A stretch of 64,000 nucleotides of DNA from an uncultured delta proteobacterium. GTDB taxonomy: Bacteria; Myxococcota_A; UBA9160; UBA4427. A model generated the notes under the pieces. It searched no databases. It worked only from the letters and a program-made list of their open reading frames with translations, and was not told the origin of the DNA. Below are positions 57,503-64,000 of this stretch, piece after piece. Each line of letters opens with the position of its first letter. Within the stretch, counting starts at the first letter, position 1. Both the position numbers and the translations under genes were made by a program. The stretch spans positions 128,001 through 192,000 of the forward strand of contig CAWGJT010000001.1 in the NCBI GenBank assembly GCA_963822965.1, given 5' to 3'.

Positions 57503-57931
57503 ATGGATTCCGAACGACCTGGACGAGCGGCCGGCGCCGCGGCACGCCCGGACCGTGGCGACGATCGTCGTGCCCTCGGCCGGGAGGGCGAGGAGCGCGC
57601 AGCGCGGTTCCTGGCGCGGCGAGGTTATCGCATCGTCGAACGCAACGTCCGGCTCGGCGGCGTCGAGGTCGACCTGGTGGTGCGGCGCGGACGCCTCGTC
57701 GCCTTCGTCGAGGTGAAGACGCGCCGGAGCGCCGCCTTGGGCCCGCCGGAGGAGGCCGTGGACGCCGCGAAGCAGGCGCGACTGGTCCGGGCCGCATCCG
57801 CCTGGCTGCGCCAGAACCCGGGGGCCGCCGGCCGCATCCGATTCGACGTGGTGTCCTGCCGGGCGCCGGGACGCCGGCAGGAGAGCTGGCGCATCGAGCA
57901 CTGGCCGGGGGCGTTCGACGCGAACCGCTAG
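57503..57931 (+). CDS. yraN: YraN family (UPF0102) protein
   Basis: LGREGEERAARFL, GYRIVERN, EVDLV, FVEVKTR, RFDVV. Confidence 0.92.
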   Translation: MDSERPGRAAGAAARPDRGDDRRALGREGEERAARFLARRGYRIVERNVRLGGVEVDLVVRRGRLVAFVEVKTRRSAALGPPEEAVDAAKQARLVRAASAWLRQNPGAAGRIRFDVVSCRAPGRRQESWRIEHWPGAFDANR

Positions 57932-57977
57932 GACCGATCGGAGAAGACCGTCGGCCCGACGAACGGAAGCCGTCTAG

Positions 57978-58144
57978 CTAGGAGCCTGACCCAAGACACC
58001 TCGTGCCGCCCTGACGCCGATGCATCGCCGCTGCCTGCGTTGCGCTGCGTCGCCGTAGGCCGCGCTATGGCTTCCTCGCGCGCCTTGGCATCGGCGCGCC
58101 TCGACCCCGGGACTTCCCACGCGAGTCTTGGGTCAGGCTCCTAG
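57978..58144. mobile_element. 167-bp MITE-like element, copy 1
   Basis: Perfect terminal inverted repeats CTAG-GAGCCTGACCCAAGAC ... GTCTTGGGTCAGGCTC-CTAG; no ORF; 14 differences from copy 2 by manual alignment. Confidence 0.8.
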
Positions 58145-58614
58145 GCGGTCTGCTCCTCGCTCGCCGCTTCGCCGCTCTCCTCGGACGCCGCTTCCACGGG
58201 CGCCTCCTCGGACGCGCTGTCGCCGGCCTCGAGGGCGGCGAGATCGTCCTCGGACAGCAGCCCCGAGAGATCGCGCACCTTCGAGTGGAGCCTCGCCTTC
58301 TTGCCCGAGAGGTCGCGCAGGTAGTAGAGACGCGAGCGCCGCACGAAGCCGCGGCTCTTGATCTCGACCTTCTCCACCAGCGGCGACTGCACCGGGAAGA
58401 TGCGCTCGACGCCGACGCCGTTCGAGACCTTGCGAACGGTGAACGTCTCGGCGTGACTGCCGCCGCGGCGCCGGATCACCACGCCCTCGAAGACCTGGAT
58501 CCGCTCCTTGTCACCTTCCCGGATCTTCGCGTGAACCCGAATGGTGTCACCGACCCGAAAGGGGGGCAGATCCCGACGCAGGCTCTCCTGCTCCACGAAG
58601 TCCATGCGCCTCAT
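58141..58614 (-). CDS. rplS: 50S ribosomal protein L19
   Basis: [48 protein letters not shown]; acidic C-terminal tail; stop TAG lies in the element's CTAG. Confidence 0.96.
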   Translation of the reverse strand: MRRMDFVEQESLRRDLPPFRVGDTIRVHAKIREGDKERIQVFEGVVIRRRGGSHAETFTVRKVSNGVGVERIFPVQSPLVEKVEIKSRGFVRRSRLYYLRDLSGKKARLHSKVRDLSGLLSEDDLAALEAGDSASEEAPVEAASEESGEAASEEQTA

Positions 58615-59531
58615 CGTTCTTCTTCTCCGTTGCTCTCGCTGTGTGCTGCGCCGACAGGTCCACCGCGGATGCCTCCTGGCTCGCGGGGATCGCGCGCTGT
58701 TCGTGACTCTTCCGTCTTCGGGTCCGTCTTCGGGTCCGTCTTCGGGGTGTCGTCCGAAGGCGACCGGCCCGATCGCGCCAGCAGATCGGGCCTCCGCTCC
58801 CGGGTGAACTCTCGTGCCTGCTCGGCCCGAAAGCGGTCGATCGCGGCGTGATCTCCCGAGAGGAGCACCTCCGGGACGGTCCGGCCGCGAAAAACCGGCG
58901 GCCGAGTGTACTGCGGTCCTTCCAGAAATCCTCCCCCAAAGGATTCCCGGCGCGCAGATTCAGGATTGCCCAGGACTCCCGGCAGCAGCCGGACGACGCC
59001 CTCCACCAGCCCCATCGCAGGCACCTCGCCCCCGAAGAGCACGTAGTCGCCCAGGGAGACCTCGTCGTCCACGGCCTCGTCGATCACCCGCTGGTCGACC
59101 CCTTCGTAGCGGCCACACACCAGCAGCAGGGCCTCCTCGGCTGCCAACTCCACCAGCAGCTTCTGATCGAGCACCCTCCCCTGGGGGCTCAGGAGCAGCA
59201 CCCGCGCACGGCGCTCGGGGCCCCGGGGCCCCGCGATGGCCTCGATGCCGGTCACCAGGGGCTCGGGCTTCATCACCATCCCGGGCCCGCCGCCATAGGG
59301 CGTGTCGTCCACGGTGCGCCGGCGGTCGCTCGTGAAGTCCCGCAGGTCGTGGGCGGCGAGGGTCACGATCCCCTTCTCCCGCGCAGCCCCCACGAGCGCC
59401 TCCGCGAAGAAGCGCTCCATCAGGTCGGGGAAGATCGTGAGGACGTCGATGCGTTCGAGCACGCGGGGGATCCTACCGCCCGGCTCTCGCGTCACCATCC
59501 GGCGGGGGGTGGGCACGCCGGAGCCGGTCAC
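58611..59531 (-). CDS. trmD: tRNA (guanine-N1)-methyltransferase
   Basis: [53 protein letters not shown]; start may be downstream. Confidence 0.95.
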   Translation of the reverse strand: MTGSGVPTPRRMVTREPGGRIPRVLERIDVLTIFPDLMERFFAEALVGAAREKGIVTLAAHDLRDFTSDRRRTVDDTPYGGGPGMVMKPEPLVTGIEAIAGPRGPERRARVLLLSPQGRVLDQKLLVELAAEEALLLVCGRYEGVDQRVIDEAVDDEVSLGDYVLFGGEVPAMGLVEGVVRLLPGVLGNPESARRESFGGGFLEGPQYTRPPVFRGRTVPEVLLSGDHAAIDRFRAEQAREFTRERRPDLLARSGRSPSDDTPKTDPKTDPKTEESRTARDPREPGGIRGGPVGAAHSESNGEEER

Positions 59532-60052
59532 GGCTCGAGCATGCCGGGCAGGACCTCCACCACGATCCGCCGGGCGGCCACGTCCACCTCGGGCATCAGC
59601 TCCCGGGCGGTCGAGAAGAGCAGCCGCTTGCCCCGGTCGTCCTGGACGACCAGCACGTCGTGGGCGCCGGTCTCCCAGATCTCCCGCACGGTGCCGAGCT
59701 CGTTGCCGTCCCGGTCGTAGACCCGGCAGCCCACGAGCTCGTGCCAGTAGAGCTCACCGGGCTCGAGCGGCGCCAGCTCGGCCGGGTCGGCGAGCACCAG
59801 CCGGCCTCGCAGCGCAGCGGCGGCCTCGCGGTCGGTGACGCCCTCCAACGCGAGCCGCACCTCTCCCGTGCGGCCCAGCCCCGCGGCCACCACCGGGTAG
59901 CGGAGGGCCGCCGGATCGCTGCGCTCGTCGGACAGCCACACCCCGGAGACCCCGAGCAGGTTGTCCGGCCCGTCGCCGAAGAAGTGCACGCGCACATCTC
60001 CCCGAAGGCCGTGTGCTCCGACCACGCGCCCCAGCACCACTCGTTCGGGCAT
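59528..60052 (-). CDS. rimM: Ribosome maturation factor RimM
   Basis: [33 protein letters not shown]. Confidence 0.93.
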   Translation of the reverse strand: MPERVVLGRVVGAHGLRGDVRVHFFGDGPDNLLGVSGVWLSDERSDPAALRYPVVAAGLGRTGEVRLALEGVTDREAAAALRGRLVLADPAELAPLEPGELYWHELVGCRVYDRDGNELGTVREIWETGAHDVLVVQDDRGKRLLFSTARELMPEVDVAARRIVVEVLPGMLEP

Positions 60053-60065
60053 GGCTGCCCGGATG

Positions 60066-60299
60066 TCAGTCGATGATCTCGAGACGGCTGTCCGCGCCGA
60101 CCGCCGAAGCGGCGACGACGGCGCGCATGGCCTTGGCGACCCGACCCTGCCGGCCGATCACCCGCCCGCGGTCATCGCCGGCCGTCTCGAGCTCGAGGAC
60201 GCCGTCCTCGGTGATGCTGACCTGCACATCCTCAGGCTGGGTGACGATCGCCTTCGCGATGAACTCCACCAGCTCCGCGGCCGGGTCGGAATTCGCCAT
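60066..60299 (-). CDS. khpA: KH domain RNA-binding protein
   Basis: ELVEFIAKAIV..PEDV, DRGRVIGRQGRVAKAMR; between rpsP and rimM. Confidence 0.9.
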   Translation of the reverse strand: MANSDPAAELVEFIAKAIVTQPEDVQVSITEDGVLELETAGDDRGRVIGRQGRVAKAMRAVVAASAVGADSRLEIID

Positions 60300-60556
60300 C
60301 AGCCCGCGCTCGCGGCGGCTTCGCGCTTCGCACGCCGGACCAGGGAGGCGACGGTGTCGCTCATCTGTGCGCCCTTGGCGAGCCAGGCGTCGATCGCCTC
60401 GGTCTTGAGATCGAGGGCAGCCGGCTCGACGTTCGGGTCGTAGGTGCCCAGGTACTCGAGCGCGCGGCCGTCGCGCTGGCGGCGCTCGTCGATGGCCTGG
60501 AGGCGGTAGAAGGGCTTCTTCTTGGCGCCGACGCGTGTCAGCCGGATCTTGACCAT
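60299..60556 (-). CDS. rpsP: 30S ribosomal protein S16
   Basis: MVKIRLTRVGAKKKPFYR, RDGRALEYLGTYDP, WLAKGAQMSDTV. Confidence 0.96.
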   Translation of the reverse strand: MVKIRLTRVGAKKKPFYRLQAIDERRQRDGRALEYLGTYDPNVEPAALDLKTEAIDAWLAKGAQMSDTVASLVRRAKREAAASAG

Positions 60557-60641
60557 TCGCAGGTTCTTCCTTTGCAGTCGCATCCAGCGTCGGTCGGAGA
60601 GGGTCTCTCTACTCCGCCTCGCGGGCGACAGGAGGCCGCGG

Positions 60642-60650
60642 ACTCTAGCA
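60642..60650 (-). promoter_or_regulatory. Possible extended -10 promoter of the rpsP operon
   Basis: TGCTAGAGT (TGn-TAnnnT) on the minus strand about 85 nt upstream of rpsP. Confidence 0.3.
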
Positions 60651-60727
60651 GGATGCTGAAGAACCCGCTTCCGTCGCGAGGCACGCACCTCTCCGCCGAG
60701 CTCGGTCCGGGGTTCTCCAGCACCCTG

Positions 60728-60894
60728 CTAGGAGCCTGACCCAAGACACCTCGCGCCGCCCTGACGCCGATGCATCGCCGCTGGCTGCGTTGCGCTGCGT
60801 CGCCGTAGCCCGCGCTACGGCCTCCTCACGCGCCTTGCCAGTGGCGCGCCTCGACGCCAGGGCTTTCCACGGGAGTCTTGGGTCAGGCTCCTAG
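60728..60894. mobile_element. 167-bp MITE-like element, copy 2
   Basis: Same terminal inverted repeats and CTAG ends, same length and orientation as 57978-58144. Confidence 0.8.
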
Positions 60895-60927
60895 GAAACG
60901 GCCGATCGGGGGTCAACGGGCCGGCCG

Positions 60928-61149
60928 TCAGCGACCCCGGCGCCCGAGCCCCTGGCGCTCGCGCTCCTTCTTGTCGGAGCAGGCCGGACAGGCGAAGAGC
61001 TCCTTGTGGGGGGTACGAAGGCGCTCGTACTCCCCGTCGAGGGCCACCCGCCGGACCGCCGGGACGATCGCCTGGCAGAAGTCGCAGCGGACCCCCGTCT
61101 CGGCCGGGCTCTCGGAAGGGGGCTTGGCGGGCGGGTGGAGATCGGCCAT
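60928..61149 (-). CDS. Small hypothetical protein with two CxxC motifs (putative zinc finger)
   Basis: ATG after GAGGGA; RCDFC...FACPAC; fills the intergenic gap on the operon strand. Confidence 0.65.
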   Translation of the reverse strand: MADLHPPAKPPSESPAETGVRCDFCQAIVPAVRRVALDGEYERLRTPHKELFACPACSDKKERERQGLGRRGR

Positions 61150-61218
61150 GGGTCCCTCTCGCTGGATTCTCGCTGGGTTCGCTCGCTGGATCGACGGTGC
61201 CTTTCGCCGCCGGGACGA

Positions 61219-61536
61219 TCAGGGCCGCCGATTGTAGCCGACGCGGAAGCGGAGATCCGTCGGCGCCGCGGGCCCCAGCGCCTCCCGGAGCAGCGCGAGC
61301 AGCCGCTCCCGATCCATCTGGAGCTGCTGGCACCAGACGCTCGAGTCGACCTCGGCCTCGAGCACCCCGCCGCGCACGGACACCGGCCGGCAGTGCCGCG
61401 CCACCTCGGGCCCCACCACCTCCGGCCACCGCTCCAGGATGCGGAACGCGGCCTGGGCGGCGTCGAGCCCGAGGTCGCCCAGGACCTGGCTCACGACCGT
61501 CCCGATCGCTCGCGGCTTGCTGCGCCGACGCGCCAC
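61219..61536 (-). CDS. dciA: DciA/DUF721 family protein
   Basis: WPEVVGPEVARHCRPVSVRGGVLEAEVDSSVWCQQL...LRFRVG. Confidence 0.85.
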   Translation of the reverse strand: MARRRSKPRAIGTVVSQVLGDLGLDAAQAAFRILERWPEVVGPEVARHCRPVSVRGGVLEAEVDSSVWCQQLQMDRERLLALLREALGPAAPTDLRFRVGYNRRP

Positions 61537-61540
61537 CGCC

Positions 61541-62815
61541 TCAGCTCTCCTCGTGAACGCGGAAGACCATCCCGGTCGGAACCTTCGGCGAGAAGAAGGT
61601 CGACTTCTGGGGCATGCGCTCGCCGGCCCGGGTGACCCGGAAGACGTCGTCCGGCTCGAGGGGATTCAGGTAGAGGGCGACGACGCCGTCGCCGTTCCGC
61701 ACCGACTCGGCGGCCCGGGGCGAGCTCTTCGGAAAGCTCACCGCTCCCTCGCGGATGTCGGTCTCGTCGAGCCCGAACACGCCGCCGAGCACGTCCCGCT
61801 CCAGGATGCGGACCATCAGCTCGTCTCCCAGGGGCGCGTCCCGGAAGAAGACGCGCAGGGTGCCGGAGCCGTCGTCTGCCGCGAACGCCGGGTGCCCGGC
61901 GCGCGGCGCGAGGTGCTTCTCGAGCAGCTCGGGGATGTCGCGGCCGTCCGCGGCGACCTCCGCAGTCTCCTGCTTCCAGCCCGGCAGCCGTGCCGCGTAC
62001 TCCGCCGCGTCCGGTGCGTGTCCGCGCCGGACCACCCGGTGGATCGGCAGCAGCAGGCTGCCGCTCGCGTAGACGTTGGCGAAGTACGCGAGCGTGGAGC
62101 CCGCCGCGCCGGGACCGTCTCCCCGGCCCTGCTGCCGGCACTCGCGCCGGTACTCGAGCGCCGTCTCGTAGCGGTGGTGACCGTCCGCGATGACCACGGG
62201 CCGCTCGGCGAGGAACGACTCGATGGCCCGGACGGGCTCCGGCTCCGTAATCGCCGCCAGGGTGTACTCGACACCCGCATCGTCGACGGCCTCGCCCAGC
62301 ACGTCGTTCTCGAGGGCTCGGGCGAGGACGCCCGTCAGCACGTCCTCGCGGTCCTCGTAGAGCATGAACACGCTCGAGAGGTTCGCGCGCGCCGCCCGCA
62401 GCAGGCGCAGGCGATCCTGCTTGGGCCCGGCCAGGGTGTTCTCGTGAGGCAGCACCACCCGCTCGTCGTACTCGGCGAGCGCGAGCTCGGCGAAGAAGCC
62501 GATGCGCTCCAGGGTGCGTCCGTCCGGTGCCTGGAAGCGCTGGCGCATCACGTAGAACGCGGGCCGCTCGTCCTGCACGAGCACCCCGCCCGCCCGCCAG
62601 GCGTCGAGGTGCTCGCGGATCTCGGCATAGTCGGTGGTCGCCTCGGCGGCCACGTCCCGGGTGAGCTCGAAGCGAATGGCGTTGTGCGGGTCGCGATCGA
62701 AGAACGAGCCCCGCTCGTCCCCGGCGATCACGTCGTAGGGAGGCACGATGACCCGGGACAGATCGACCCGGGCCGGGTCGTAGCGAACGGCTCGAAAGGG
62801 ACGTACGGCGGTCAT
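61541..62815 (-). CDS. DUF1015 family protein
   Basis: VRPFRAVRY, PPYDVI, PHENT, IADGHHRYETA, MPQKSTFFSPKVPTG. Confidence 0.9.
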   Translation of the reverse strand: MTAVRPFRAVRYDPARVDLSRVIVPPYDVIAGDERGSFFDRDPHNAIRFELTRDVAAEATTDYAEIREHLDAWRAGGVLVQDERPAFYVMRQRFQAPDGRTLERIGFFAELALAEYDERVVLPHENTLAGPKQDRLRLLRAARANLSSVFMLYEDREDVLTGVLARALENDVLGEAVDDAGVEYTLAAITEPEPVRAIESFLAERPVVIADGHHRYETALEYRRECRQQGRGDGPGAAGSTLAYFANVYASGSLLLPIHRVVRRGHAPDAAEYAARLPGWKQETAEVAADGRDIPELLEKHLAPRAGHPAFAADDGSGTLRVFFRDAPLGDELMVRILERDVLGGVFGLDETDIREGAVSFPKSSPRAAESVRNGDGVVALYLNPLEPDDVFRVTRAGERMPQKSTFFSPKVPTGMVFRVHEES

Positions 62816-63561
62816 CGGCGGCTCGTCTCCGCGTCGGGGCTGGAAGCGTCTGGGCTGGAAGGAATGGAGCTGGACGAAATGCAGGTGGAAGGAACCGGAT
62901 CATCGGCGACGGCGGAATCGGCCGCACGGGCCAGCACCTCGGCGGCGGGAATCGCGCCCTCGCGCACCAGCGCGACCCGCGCTCCCGAGGCGTCCACCAC
63001 CGTCGAGGGCTCACCGCCGCCGGCCTCACCGCTCGTCACGACGATGGGGATGGACGCGTCGGCGGCCGCGATGCGAAGTGCCGCCGCCCGGCTCCGCGCC
63101 GGCTCGTCACCGCTCCGGTTGAGGCTGGTGGCCGTGACCGGACCGAGGCCCCGGGCGAAGGCACCCGCGGCCAGGGCCTTCGCCACCGGGTGCGGGCTGC
63201 AGCGGACGCCCACCCGGCCGTCGGCACCCGCGATGCCCGGCGCCAGCGCGCGGCGGCACCGCAGCACCAGCGTGAGCGGACCGGGCCAGAACGCCGCCGC
63301 CAGGCGCCGGGCGGCGTCCGACGGCTCGGCGCCGAGATCGTCCAGCCGCTGCGGGACGTCGATCAGGACGGAGACGGGCTTGTCGGCGTCGCGCCCCTTG
63401 AAGCGCCGCAGCCGCGCCACCGCGGCCGGCGACCCGGCCCGGCAGGCGAGCCCCCAGACCGTCTCCGTGGGGAAGGCGACCAGACCGTCCTCGGCCAGGG
63501 CGTCCAGCGCCGCGGCAAGGCCGGCCGGCGCGCGGGGCGGCGACTCAGCGACCGAGGGCAC
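62812..63561 (-). CDS. tsaC: L-threonylcarbamoyladenylate synthase (YrdC/Sua5 family)
   Basis: VAFPTETVWGL, KGR, FWPGPLTLVL, TSLNRSG, PSTVVD, REGAI. Confidence 0.9.
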   Translation of the reverse strand: MPSVAESPPRAPAGLAAALDALAEDGLVAFPTETVWGLACRAGSPAAVARLRRFKGRDADKPVSVLIDVPQRLDDLGAEPSDAARRLAAAFWPGPLTLVLRCRRALAPGIAGADGRVGVRCSPHPVAKALAAGAFARGLGPVTATSLNRSGDEPARSRAAALRIAAADASIPIVVTSGEAGGGEPSTVVDASGARVALVREGAIPAAEVLARAADSAVADDPVPSTCISSSSIPSSPDASSPDAETSRR

Positions 63562-64000
63562 GGCTCGCGATGTCCCGGCGCAGGTGGGCGCCCTCGAAGT
63601 GGATCTTGTCGGCGGCCGCGTAGGCGCTGTCGCGCGCTTCGCGAACGCTCGCCCCGCGAGCCGTCACGCCGAGCACGCGCCCGCCCGCCGTCTCGAAGCC
63701 GCCCCCCGCGGCGCGGCGGGTACCGGCGTGGAAGACCACGACGTTCGGGTCCTCGGCCGCCGCCTCGAGCCCCGTGATCGGCTTGCCGGTCTCGTACGCC
63801 CGCGGATAGCCGCCGGACGCCATCGCGACGCACACCGACGCATCGGCCCAGTCGACGGATGCGCTCGCGTCGAGGGTCCCGCGCGCGGCGCGGTCGAGGA
63901 GCGGCACGAGGTCACCCTGCATCCGCAGCATCAGGCACTGGGTCTCGGGGTCGCCGAAGCGCACGTTGAACTCCACCACCCGCGGAACGCCGGCCTCGAT
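63545..64000 (-). CDS. purD: Phosphoribosylamine-glycine ligase, 3' part (5' end outside window)
   Basis: VEFNVRFGDPETQ, MASGGYP, VFHAGT, GGRVLGVT, RRDIA. Confidence 0.94.
   Translation of the reverse strand: MEAGVPRVVEFNVRFGDPETQCLMLRMQGDLVPLLDRAARGTLDASASVDWADASVCVAMASGGYPRAYETGKPITGLEAAAEDPNVVVFHAGTRRAAGGGFETAGGRVLGVTARGASVREARDSAYAAADKIHFEGAHLRRDIASRALGR

Noticed and set aside
57978..60894. The 167-bp repeats as a CRISPR array or tRNA
   Set aside because: Only two long copies 2.7 kb apart with terminal inverted repeats; no repeat-spacer periodicity, cas genes or cloverleaf motifs

Overview
High-GC (roughly 70%+ by eye) bacterial chromosomal segment; gene content and order suggest a Myxococcota/deltaproteobacterial lineage (inference). 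It holds about 57 CDS, and I recognised no rRNA, tRNA, CRISPR array or transposase. Left to right: a YCF48-like propeller lipoprotein with a DUF1329 protein; an AarF/UbiB kinase; argG, separated from argB-argF by a tightly coupled four-gene module (wHTH-J-domain-TPR protein, lid-less DnaK paralogue, TPR-wHTH protein, PAS pseudo-histidine kinase); a REC-GAF-GAF protein; the housekeeping block LysM-dprA-trmFO-xerC-hslV-hslU; a ~31 kb exopolysaccharide plus exosortase (PEP-CTERM-type) locus with three sigma54 activators, a Crp/Fnr regulator and a sensor kinase; ligA; a heparinase II/III-family gene; rsmI; yraN; the rpsP-khpA-rimM-trmD-rplS operon bracketed by two direct copies of a 167-bp MITE-like element with CTAG ends; then a small CxxC protein, dciA, DUF1015, tsaC and partial purD. 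The best candidate for an undescribed system is the specialised Hsp70/J-protein/pseudokinase operon at 6403-10804. Product calls come from motif recognition by eye, and many start codons were chosen manually.
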